64,000 nucleotides of DNA, taken from assembly GCA_963843575.1 (NCBI GenBank), contig CAWJKZ010000013.1, positions 672,001 to 736,000 of the forward strand, given 5' to 3'. This DNA comes from an uncultured Acidobacteriota bacterium (lineage in GTDB: Bacteria > Acidobacteriota > UBA6911). The notes under the pieces are model-generated. The model was not told the DNA's origin. It saw only the letters and a program-made list of their open reading frames with translations, and ran no database searches. How positions within the stretch are numbered: position 1 is the first letter of the stretch; each line of letters opens with the position of its first letter. Shown here one piece after another: positions 31,510 through 41,066 of the stretch. Made by a program: the position numbers and the translations under genes.

Positions 31510-32323
31510 AGGGTTGGAAGCGCTGATCCCGGAAGTCGAACGGGCCGAGCCCGCGACCTCGGACATCGACCTCGACCGGATCACCCCCAACCCGGAGCAG
31601 CCGCGCCTGCATATCGACGACGCCCGGCTCGAAGGGCTCGCCGCCTCGATACGGGAAAACGGCGTCCTGCAGCCGATCCTCGTCCGCCCCAAGGGGGACG
31701 GCTACGAACTCGTCGCCGGTGAACGCCGCGTCGCCGCCGCGCAGCGCGCCGGACTGCTCAAAATACCCGCCGTCGTGCGCAGCGTCCCCGACGAGCGGCT
31801 CCTCGAGCTCGCCCTCGTCGAGAACATCCAGCGCGAGGAGCTCAACCCCATCGAGGAGGCGCAGGCCTACCAGCGGCTCGCCGAGGAGCTCGCCATCACG
31901 CAGGAACAGCTCGCCGCCCGCCTGGGCAAGGAACGGAGCACCGTCGCCAACGCCCTCCGGCTCCTCAAACTCCCCAAGACCGTCAGGGAACTCGTCGCCT
32001 CCGGCCAGCTTTCCCCCGGACACGCCCGCGCCCTCCTGGCCGCAGACCTCCCACCCGCCGAAATCGCCAAGGCCGCCGACCTCATGGTCCGGCAGGGGTG
32101 GTCCGTGCGCGACGCCGAACGCTGGGCCAAAAGCCAGCCGCGCAAGACGAAAGCCGCCCACCCCCGCGACCCCAACGCCGCCGCCGCCGAAGACCGCCTT
32201 CGGACCGTCATGGGCACCAAGGTCGAAATCCGCAAAGGCAAAGCCGACGGGCCCGGGCACATCCGGATTTACTTTTACAACGAAGAGGACCTCATCCGCA
32301 TCTACGCCATGCTTACGGAGTAA
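31487..32323 (+). CDS. parB: Chromosome partitioning protein ParB/Spo0J
   Basis: [41 protein letters not shown]. Confidence 0.97.
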   Translation: MKKKVLGRGLEALIPEVERAEPATSDIDLDRITPNPEQPRLHIDDARLEGLAASIRENGVLQPILVRPKGDGYELVAGERRVAAAQRAGLLKIPAVVRSVPDERLLELALVENIQREELNPIEEAQAYQRLAEELAITQEQLAARLGKERSTVANALRLLKLPKTVRELVASGQLSPGHARALLAADLPPAEIAKAADLMVRQGWSVRDAERWAKSQPRKTKAAHPRDPNAAAAEDRLRTVMGTKVEIRKGKADGPGHIRIYFYNEEDLIRIYAMLTE

Positions 32324-32343
32324 CGCCTTCAACGGAGCCAACT

Positions 32344-32796
32344 ATGAAATTCAGAAAGGAAACGTCCGACGAAATCCTCAGCCTGCTCGGCGAAGGGGTC
32401 GAGGTCGTCGGTGAGATCTCCTTCAGCCAGGGGCTGCGCGTCGACGGGATCGTCAAGGGGAGGATTCGCTCGGAGGCCACCCTCGTCGTCGGCAAGAGTG
32501 GCCGCGTCGAGGCCGAGGTCAACGTGCGCAGGGTCTCCATAAATGGCGACTTCCGCGGTATCATCCACGCATCGGACCGCGTCGAGATCCACAAGGACGG
32601 CAAGGTCTACGGAGAGATCTTCGCGCCCTGCCTGATAATCGAAGCGGGCGCGCTGTTTGAAGGGAAGTGCAACATGGCCGAAAGCCGGGCCCCCAAGCCC
32701 GACCACCCGGCCGCGGCCCCCCGGGAAGCCGATACGTCCGGCACCCCCGTGGGGCTGTCTCAGTCTGCGGGCGGCGAAAAAACATGGACGAACTGA
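32344..32796 (+). CDS. Bactofilin (polymer-forming cytoskeletal protein)
   Basis: SLLGEGVEVVGEI...LRVDG...V.G.I.A...IEAGALFEGKC. Confidence 0.9.
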   Translation: MKFRKETSDEILSLLGEGVEVVGEISFSQGLRVDGIVKGRIRSEATLVVGKSGRVEAEVNVRRVSINGDFRGIIHASDRVEIHKDGKVYGEIFAPCLIIEAGALFEGKCNMAESRAPKPDHPAAAPREADTSGTPVGLSQSAGGEKTWTN

Positions 32797-33829
32797 AACG
32801 ACTTACGGAACTGGTCTCCTGTGCCGGTTGAGCGAGTAAGCTGAGCGCAACCAGCCTGGCCCAGGTCCTGGGTCAATTGCCCGTCTATCCCGAACCCGAC
32901 GTCCTGGTCGGCTACCACACCGCCGACGACGCGGGCGTGTTCCGCCTCGACGACGGGCACGCCCTCGTCCAGACGCTCGATTTCTTCACCCCAGTGGTCG
33001 ACGATCCCTTCGCCTACGGTGCCATCGCCGCCGCCAACGCGCTCAGCGACGTCTACGCCATGGGCGGTAAACCACTGACAGCACTTGCGATCGCTTGCTT
33101 TCCAGAAAAAGGGGTCGACCTCGACATCCTGGCCCGCATCATGACCGGCGGGCTCGAAAAACTGCGCGAGGCCGGCGTCGCCCTCCTGGGCGGCCACACC
33201 GTCGCCGACCAGGAGATCAAGTTCGGGTACTCCATCACCGGCCTGATCCACCCCGAACCGTATCCTCACTAACGCGGGCGCCCGCCCCGGCGATCAACTC
33301 GTCCTCACCAAGCCCCTCGGACTCGGCATCCTGACAAGCGGCATCAAGTTCAACAAGACCAGCCCCGCCGCCGCCCGGGAGGCGATCCGGGTGATGTCGA
33401 CCCTCAACCGGGACGCCGCCGCCGCCATGCTGCGCCACCGCTGCCACGGCGCCACCGACATCACCGGGAACGGCCTGCTCGGCCACGCTTACGAAATGGC
33501 CCAGGCAAGCGGGGCCGCCCTGCGCTTCTGGTCGGCCACCGTCCCCGTGCTCCCGGAAGCCCTGGAACTGACTCGCCAAGGGACTCCTCCCCCGTACCGC
33601 ACACACGACCTGGACCATGATCGCAAGACTCCACCCGCGTTGGACCCCTCGTCCCCGAACCTGTCAAAAACGCGACTGCTCGATCCACAGACCTCCGGCG
33701 GCCTGCTGATCGCCGTCGACGGACACGGATCTCGAAAACCTGCTGGCGGATCTTACCGTTAATCAGGTACAGGCAACCCACGTGGGAACGGTGGAGGAGT
33801 ATCGGAACGCGCGGATAATCGTGGATTGA
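32784..33829 (+). CDS. selD: Selenide, water dikinase with an in-frame UGA (Sec16); frameshifts near 33258 and 33720-33780
   Basis: [81 protein letters not shown]. Confidence 0.93.
32858..32874 (+). promoter_or_regulatory. Candidate bacterial SECIS hairpin
   Basis: GGCCCAG-GUC-CUGGGUC stem with an apical G about 33 nt after the UGA at 32829-32831. Confidence 0.5.
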
Positions 33830-33841
33830 AACCGAAGTGGG

Positions 33842-34129
33842 CTAAACCTCGGCGTCTACTGCTATCTTGAGAGATTTAAGGAATTTAGCGTCTTCGCTCG
33901 TAATGCGCAAGCGCACCGGGTCCTCGGTCTTGACCGGCGTCGAAATCGTTTCGTCGTCGCCCTTCCCCTTGCGGTTGTAACCGATCTTCGCTTCAATTAT
34001 CAGGAAGACCTCGTAGCCGGAGTCCCGGATGTTCTGGATGGATTCGTTGATCTTGGGAGATTCGCTCAGAGTCTCGTTGATGGACTCTCCCAGTGTCTTC
34101 ATGAGACGTTTGATTTCTGCGTCAGGCAT
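33842..34129 (-). CDS. Small hypothetical protein
   Basis: 95-aa ORF with AGGAGAGG RBS and a strong promoter; non-shadow amino-acid composition. Confidence 0.8.
   Translation of the reverse strand: MPDAEIKRLMKTLGESINETLSESPKINESIQNIRDSGYEVFLIIEAKIGYNRKGKGDDETISTPVKTEDPVRLRITSEDAKFLKSLKIAVDAEV
33861..33889. promoter_or_regulatory. Embedded 29-bp dyad site (GC TATCTT-N13-AATTTA GC)
   Basis: Close match to the copy at 24094-24122 in rnpA. Confidence 0.45.
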
Positions 34130-34208
34130 GCGCCTCTCCTAAAACGGTCCTTCCTAGCGGCGAGCTGTGAGGAAGAAATCGCTGATTCGGAATTAAAACG
34201 GTAAAAAT

Positions 34209-34237
34209 ATCTTAAATAAGTCGTGAATCGCTGTCAA
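34209..34237 (-). promoter_or_regulatory. Sigma-70 promoter of the 95-aa gene
   Basis: TTGACA-N17-TAAGAT. Confidence 0.7.
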
Positions 34238-34330
34238 GATTGAACTTACAATGCCCGTTCGCCTCTTGCCATGAAACCATTGCCCATTGCCAGATCCAGG
34301 ACATTGGCTCATCATAGGAGATTTGATAAA

Positions 34331-35869
34331 ATGGAGCAGAAAGCGCTCTACCCGCCCCGGGAGACGCCGCCCGAAGAACCCGGCTCGTACCCCTTCACCC
34401 GAGGGGTTTACCAGAACATGTACCGGGGGCGGCTCTGGACCATGCGGCAGTACGCCGGCTTTGCCGGCGCCCGGGAGTCCAACAGCCGTTACCGCTATCT
34501 CCTCGAGCAGGGACAGACCGGCCTGAGCGTCGCCTTCGATCTACCCACCCAGATGGGAATCGATCCCGACAGCCCCGCGGCCTCGGGGGAAGTCGGCAAG
34601 GTGGGTGTCTCCGTCGCCTCGCTCGAGGACATGGAGGTGCTGCTCGACGGCCTGCCGCTCGACCGGGTCTCCATCTCCATGACCATAAACAGCACCGCCG
34701 CAATCCTCCTTGCCATGGTCTTGTCCATCGCCCGGCGTCGCGGTGTGCCGTGGATGGCGCTGCGGGGCACCATTCAGAACGACATCCTCAAAGAGTATAT
34801 CGCGCGCGGGACCTACATCTTTCCCCCGGTGCCGTCGCTCCGCATCACCACAGACATCTTCGCCTTCTGCCGCGAGCACGTCCCGTCGTGGAACACGATC
34901 TCGATCAGCGGCTACCACATCCGCGAGGCGGGATCGACCGCCGTCCAGGAAGTCGCCTTCACCCTCGCCAACGGCATCACGTATGTCCAGAGCGCGCTGG
35001 ATGCCGGGCCTGCAGATCGACGAGTTTGCCGGGCAGCTGTCGTTTTTCTTCAACGCGCACAACAATTTCCTGGAAGAGATCGCAAAGTACCGAGCGGCCC
35101 GCCGCCTCTGGGCCCGGATAATGCGCGAGCGTTTCGGTGCCCGGAGCCCCCGCTCCTGGGCCTTGCGCTTCCACACCCAGACAGCCGGCAGCACCTTGAC
35201 CGCCCAGCAGCCCGAAAACAATGTCGTTCGGGTCGCGCTTCAGGCCCTCGCCGCCGTGCTCGGCGGGACACAGTCGCTGCACACCAACTCGCTCGATGAG
35301 GCGCTGGCGCTCCCGAGCGCCGAGGCCGTCCGGATCGCCTTGCGGACCCAGCAGATCATCGCCTTCGAAAGCGGCGTCGCCAACACCGCGGACCCGCTCG
35401 GAGGCTCTTACGCGATCGAAACGATGACCGACGAAATCGAGGCTGGAGGCCGAGCAGTACCTGCACAAGATCGATGCGCTCGGCGGCATGCTCGAGGCCA
35501 TCGGACAGGGTTACGTCCAGCGGGAAATCCAGGACGCCGCGTACGAAGCCCAGCTCAAGACTGAACGCGGCGAAAACGTCATCGTCGGCGTGAACCGGTT
35601 CACCACCGAGGAAAAGAGCCGCATCGAGCTGCTCGTGGTTGGACGAGGAGGTCGCCGAAACCCGCAGGCGCGAAGTCGCGGGACTCCGCTCCCGACGCGA
35701 TGCCGCGGCTGCCGCCCGCGCCCTCGACGCGCTCGGCCGCGCCGCGCAAGGGAACGACAACCTCCTCCCGCCGGTCATCGACTGCGTCGAGGCGCTCACG
35801 ACCGTGGGGGAGATCTCCGACTGCCTGCGGGCTGTCTTCGGCCAGTACCGCGAATCCGTCGTCCTGTAG
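34331..35869 (+). CDS. Methylmalonyl-CoA mutase family, large (substrate-binding) subunit; about 3 frameshifts
   Basis: [65 protein letters not shown]; no B12-binding domain. Confidence 0.93.
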
Positions 35870-35876
35870 CCCGGGC

Positions 35877-36799
35877 TCAGGGTGCGGGGACAGCGTAGAC
35901 TACGGCAAGGCCGGCGTAGGCCAGGATGGCCATTATGTAGATGAGCCTCCATGAGATGTGGTTCTCGCCGCGTCCCAGTTCCTCGGGCCGGCGGAGGATC
36001 AGGTAGTCAATGTACATCCCGAGCGCGGACAGCGCCGCCGCAAGCGCGTACAACCCCGGGGCCCAGCCGCTCAGCAGCCCATATCGCGCCATCGCCGCCC
36101 ACAGGAAAAACGGCAGCACGAAAAACGGGGCGATCATGACGGCGGTCCTGCGGATACCGTACCTGACCGGGAGGGTGTTGCAGCCGCCGGCCCTGTCCCC
36201 CGGCATGTCGGAGAAGTCCTTCGTCGAGTTCGCCCCCAATATGAAAAGCCCCAGGGGCAACGCAGATCAACCACGGTTCCGCCATGGCCACGCTCTTGAC
36301 CGCCGACCACCCCGCCACCGGAAGCAGAAACCCCCGCGGGAGCGCCACCGTGACGTTGGCAAGCAGCCCCCAACGTTTCGTGCGTGCCGGTGGCACCGAA
36401 TAGCATGCCGTGAGAATCGCCGCGGCCAGCGCCATGATTAGGCACTGCCAGTTCACGAGCCAGGCCAGCACCAAACCCGCTGAAAGGGTCAGCCACGTGA
36501 ACGCGCCAGGCCTGCGCCAGGCGGAGGCGCCCCGAAGGGAGCGGCCGCGTCGGCTTGTTTATCCGGTCGATCTCGATATCGTATATCTGGTTCAACCCGT
36601 TCGACCCGGCGTTCATGACCGCTGCCATGATCGCTCCCAGCCCGATCCTGAGCCAGACGCCCGCCCCCGCGCTTCCCCAGTCGCTCTGAAACCGCGGATC
36701 GGCGCCCCAAGCGACTATCCCTCCGGCGACCATGCCGACGGCCGGCATCAGCAGCGTGAACGGCCGAGCAAATTCCCAATAGACCGGCAGTTTGCTCAT
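35877..36799 (-). CDS. UbiA family prenyltransferase; about 2 frameshifts
   Basis: ARPFTL, NQIYDIEIDRINKPTRPLPSG, YSVPPARTKR, KDFSDMPGDRAGGCNTLPVRYG. Confidence 0.88.
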
Positions 36800-36815
36800 C
36801 CGTGCTCCCGGAAAA

Positions 36816-36870
36816 CGGGTTTTGGGTGCTGGGTTTCAGGTGTTGGCCGTCACCCGTCACCCAAAACCCG
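36816..36870. repeat. Heptamer-based inverted repeat (CGGGTTTTGGGTG / CACCCAAAACCCG)
   Basis: Perfect 13-bp IR built from GGGTKYT-like 7-mers. Confidence 0.6.
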
Positions 36871-38189
36871 CCTTCAAGCCCAGTGCGATCAGGATCGCGG
36901 CGACCGTGTGGAACGCGTTCATGACGGGCCCGCTTGCGCGCGCGTGGCCTTTCCCGGCCGAGATCCAGCTCTCGATGTGGGTTGCGATGGCCGCCGCGGC
37001 CGCCGCCCACACCGCGCCTCTTGCGCTTACCAGACCCGACCAGCAGCCTGCCGTCGCCATGGCGACGGCGGCCAGCAGGCCGGCCGCACTCCCTGCGAGC
37101 GACACCGCCCCGCGGGTGCCCGGCGGGACCTGTTTGAAACTCCTGATCAGGAAGGGCCGGCCGCCCGCCAGCAGCCCCAGCTCGGTGGCCGTCGTGTCGC
37201 AAAGCGACGCCGACAGAGCCGCGACGAAACCGAGCTGCGCTGACGTCTTGTCTTCCAGGAAGATGGATGCCGCCGCCGCGAGGAAGGCGGCCACCCCCTT
37301 GCCCCAGACATGCCGCGAGGAGCGCCGCGAGTGGTCCGGCTGGGCGGCGCCCAGCCGAGCCTTGCGGCCGTACCCGATCCTGGTGAACAAGCGTCCCGAG
37401 TACAAAAAACGCCGCCAGCAGACGCAAACCCCTCTAAGCCGAACGCGTAGTACACCACGGTCCCGATTGCCGCACCGGAGGCGAATCCCCCCAGCGACAC
37501 ACCGCCGACGGCAAGCGCCGCCGCCCCGAAGCCCCCCGCCAGCAATATTCCCAGTCCCAGGGCCGGGGCAGAGAAGCCGCGTGGCAGGGACGCTCCGGTC
37601 AGCCATGACAGAAAAATCCCGCCGGAGGCGCAGATGGCCAGGTTGTCGTCGATCGGCAGCGGCAGCGTCTCCACGACCGAGCAGACCAGCGAGGTCGCTA
37701 CGGCGATACCAGAGCGTCAGACCGTAGCGAATCGGGACGTCTCCGGGGAGCCCAGTCCAGACGAGAAGAACGAAGGCGGCCAGGGTTGAAGCGAAGAAGC
37801 CCGCAACGGTGCCGAGCCAGGTTTTCGAACGGTTCCAGGGCAGGGTCTTCCGGCCGAATTTCCGGCCGACAACGTTGGAGACGGAGTCGCCGACTGCGAG
37901 GTTGGCCCAGGCCGCGACGACGATGAAAGGCGGGAAAAGCAGGACCAGCAGGAACACCGCAGACTCCGTACCAGACCTTCCCCGGCGAGGAGGCGCCGGT
38001 GGCTTCCCCCGGACGGCGCGTCCCCGGCCACAGGCGCGAGGAGAGAGCCCCGTAGACAATCGCCACGGCCGCCAGCGCGAGCGCCTGCGGCCGGCTCAGA
38101 TACCGCATCAGGAACGCGAAAGCGATCGGCAGGAAGTGCTCGAGCTGACGGAGGTCTTCGTTGGGGGGGATGCTGGGCGACTCGCTCAT
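36857..38189 (-). CDS. Membrane protein: phytol/dolichol-kinase-like (CTP-dependent) N-domain fused to DUF92; several frameshifts
   Basis: EDLRQLEH, LAVGDSVSNVVGRKFG...KTWLGT, ETLPLPIDDNL; DUF92 part DTTATELG...VPPGTRGAVSLAGSAAG...ESWI. Confidence 0.75.
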
Positions 38190-38460
38190 GCCGGGGGTAG
38201 CGCGATACTCGTCTGATAACGGATCCGCACGCGCCGATCGGGTGAGCCGTGGCTGTCAGGATCGACGCAGCGGCAAATTCTATCATGACCGGTTTCATTT
38301 CCGGCTCCACATTCGGTAAAATGCAGAGTTTCCCGTTGCTCTTGCACCAGTGCCTTCGTACCCGTAGCTTTGGCGCGCCCTGCTTTTTGCTCGAATTGGT
38401 GAAACTTTTGCGCTCCGGGGCTCGTAGTAATGGGCGTCCTTGCAACCGGAGGTATGCACA

Positions 38461-39952
38461 ATGGCCCTGACCAGGAAGAAGAAGATCTGGATAGCCTGCG
38501 GCGGCGTCGCGCTCCTGGGCGTCATCATATATTTCAGCATCAACGCGACCCGCAAGGACGAAGTTCAGGTGCAGACCGCAAAGGCGCAGCGCAAGGACGT
38601 CCTGAAATCGAAGGTCGCCGCGAGCGGCGAGATCCGGGCGAAGGAGTTCGTCGACCTCCAGGCGGAGATAACGGGCGTCATCACCGATCTGGTCGTCCAC
38701 GAGGGGGACTCCGTCAAGAAGGGGGATGTCCTGCTGCGGATCGATCCCCTGCAGACCCAGGCGGACACCAACTCCACGAAGGCGCAGCTCGATGCGGCCG
38801 TCGTCCGAGGCGCGCGCGCAGGAGTTCCAGATCATGAACGCCGAGTCGAACCTGGCGCGCGACGACGCGGCCCTCCGTTCGTCCAAGGCCGAGTTCGAGC
38901 AGGCGCAGAACAACAACGTGCGCGCCCAGACCAGCTTCAAAAGAAAGCAGCAGCTGCACGAGGACGGGCTGATCTCGCGCGAAGAATACGAAATGGCGCA
39001 GAACGACGCCAGGTCCGCCCAGGCACAGCTTGAAGTCGCGCGGGCCCGTGTCGCCCAGCAGGAGACCCAGATCCAGGTCTCGAAAAACACCATCCAGCAG
39101 ATGAAGACGTCGCTCAGCGCCGCCCAGAGTCGCACCAAGTCCTATTCGGCCAACCTGGTGCGCGCTGCCGATCAGCTCGAGAAGACCGTCATCAAATCGC
39201 CCCTCTCCGGCGTCGTCACCAACCTGGCCGTGGAGAAGGGGGAGCGCGCCGTCCCGGGCATGATGTTCAACACGCAGGCGACCCTCATGACGATCGCCGA
39301 CCTCAGCGTGATCCAGGCGGAGCTGAAGGTGGACGAGACCGACATCGTCAACCTGAAGCTGAAGGACTCGGCGTCCATCAAGGTCGACGCTCTGCCGGAC
39401 AGCGTCTTCGAGGGCGAGGTCACCGAGATCGGCAACAGCCCGATCAAGTCGACCACCACGTCGACCACGCAGGAAGCGAAGGATTTCAAGGTCGTCGTCA
39501 CCCTGAAGGATCCCTCCGCCAAGCTCCGTCCCGGCATGTCGTGCACGGGCGACATTACCACCAACACGAAGCAGAACGTGCTCGTCGTCCCGATCCAGGC
39601 GCTTACGATCCGCGAGGTCGAGATCGACAAGGACGGCAAATACGTTCAGCCGGACCTCAAGGACCTCAAGAAGAAGAAGTCGGACTCCTCCGTCGCCAAG
39701 GCGGACACCTCCAAGAACCAGCCGAAAAAGAAAGAACTCGAAGGGGTGTTTGTCGTGAACTCGGACAAGGTCGCCCGCTTCCGTCCGGTCAAAACGGGCA
39801 TAACCGGGGAATCCGAGATCGAGATTCTCGATAACCTGAAAGAGGGAGAAGAGGTGGTTTCGGGGAGCTTCCAAACCTTGAGGACGATCAAGGACGGCGC
39901 ATCGGTGAAGATCGACAACAGCACGAAAGCGCAGCCCGAGAAGAAAAGTTAG
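38461..39952 (+). CDS. MacA-like efflux periplasmic adaptor subunit; frameshift near 38805
   Basis: N-terminal [18 protein letters not shown], coiled coil, [21 protein letters not shown]. Confidence 0.9.
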
Positions 39953-39981
39953 GCAGCCCACAGTTTTTTTCAGAGGAAGAC

Positions 39982-40701
39982 ATGACCGGAGGCAACGGCA
40001 GCGACGGCAAGGCGGATATTCTCATCAAAACGGAAGAACTCTGGAAGAGCTACCAGATGGGCGCGGAGGAAATCCATGCCCTGCAGGGGGTTTCCTTCGA
40101 AATCCACCGGGGAGAATACGTGGCCATCATGGGGCCGTCCGGGTCAGGGAAGTCGACCATGATGAACCTCATCGGCTGCCTCGACACGCCGTCGAAGGGG
40201 AGCTACTACCTGAACAGCCGTCTCGTTTCGGAAATGAACGACGACGAACTGGCGCACATCCGCAACAAGGAAATTGGATTCGTGTTCCAGACGTTCAACC
40301 TGCTGGCGCGCGCCACGGCCCTGCACAACGTCGAACTGCCGTTGATCTACAACGGCACCCCCGCGCACGAGCGCAAGGAACGCGCCATCAAGGCGCTGCA
40401 GGCGGTGGAACTCGGCGAGCGCATGTACCACAAGCCAAACGAGCTCTCAGGAGGTCAGCGGCAGCGCGTCGCCATCGCGCGGGCGCTGGTGAACAACCCG
40501 TCCATCATCCTCGCCGACGAGCCCACCGGCAACCTCGACTCCGCGACCAGCACCGATATCATGAACCTCTTCGATGCGCTCTACCGGCGGGGCAATACCA
40601 TCATCCTGGTCACGCACGAGCTCGACATCGCGCTGCACGCCTACCGGGTGATCCGTCTGCTCGACGGCAAGGTTGCTGCGGACGAAATCGTCAAGCACTG
40701 A
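39982..40701 (+). CDS. MacB/LolD-type ABC transporter ATP-binding protein
   Basis: [31 protein letters not shown]. Confidence 0.95.
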   Translation: MTGGNGSDGKADILIKTEELWKSYQMGAEEIHALQGVSFEIHRGEYVAIMGPSGSGKSTMMNLIGCLDTPSKGSYYLNSRLVSEMNDDELAHIRNKEIGFVFQTFNLLARATALHNVELPLIYNGTPAHERKERAIKALQAVELGERMYHKPNELSGGQRQRVAIARALVNNPSIILADEPTGNLDSATSTDIMNLFDALYRRGNTIILVTHELDIALHAYRVIRLLDGKVAADEIVKH

Positions 40702-40723
40702 CCGGTGTGCCGGCCCTCAGGGA

Positions 40724-40897
40724 CTGTCCAACGGTTGATCTGCCCGCCCCAAGCAAGACACACGTGGGTCCGGGGACGTCTTTAAAGCCGTTGCATATCG
40801 TGACAGATGCACCTTACAGCTACTGCAAAAGACGTCCGGGCTGAAGCCCGGACCCACTTGTCTTACGGGCAGGGCGGGTGGTTCAACCGTTGGACAG
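40724..40897. mobile_element. 174-bp MITE-like palindromic element with 15-bp terminal IR
   Basis: CTGTCCAACGGTTGA / TCAACCGTTGGACAG; inner IRs GTGGGTCCGGG/CCCGGACCCAC and GACGTCTTT/AAAGACGTC; GGGCTGAAGCCC REP-like palindrome; partial duplicate follows to about 40980. Confidence 0.6.
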
Positions 40898-41024
40898 CCT
40901 CTTCAGCCCGGACGTCTTTAAATCCGTTCCATAGAGTTCCACCTGCCCTGCATAGCGACAGCAAACAGCGTCCGGGCTTCGACGCCACCGCGCGCTGAGG
41001 TTGCAGGGTCGCATTCCCCGATTT

Positions 41025-41051
41025 GGGGTGGCGCCGAGGCGCCGCACTCCA
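41025..41051 (-). repeat. REP-like repeat copy (TGGAGTGCGGCGCCTCGGCGCCACCCC)
   Basis: Matches 17439-17461 and 42842-42862. Confidence 0.75.
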
Positions 41052-41066
41052 GATGCGCGGCCCTCC

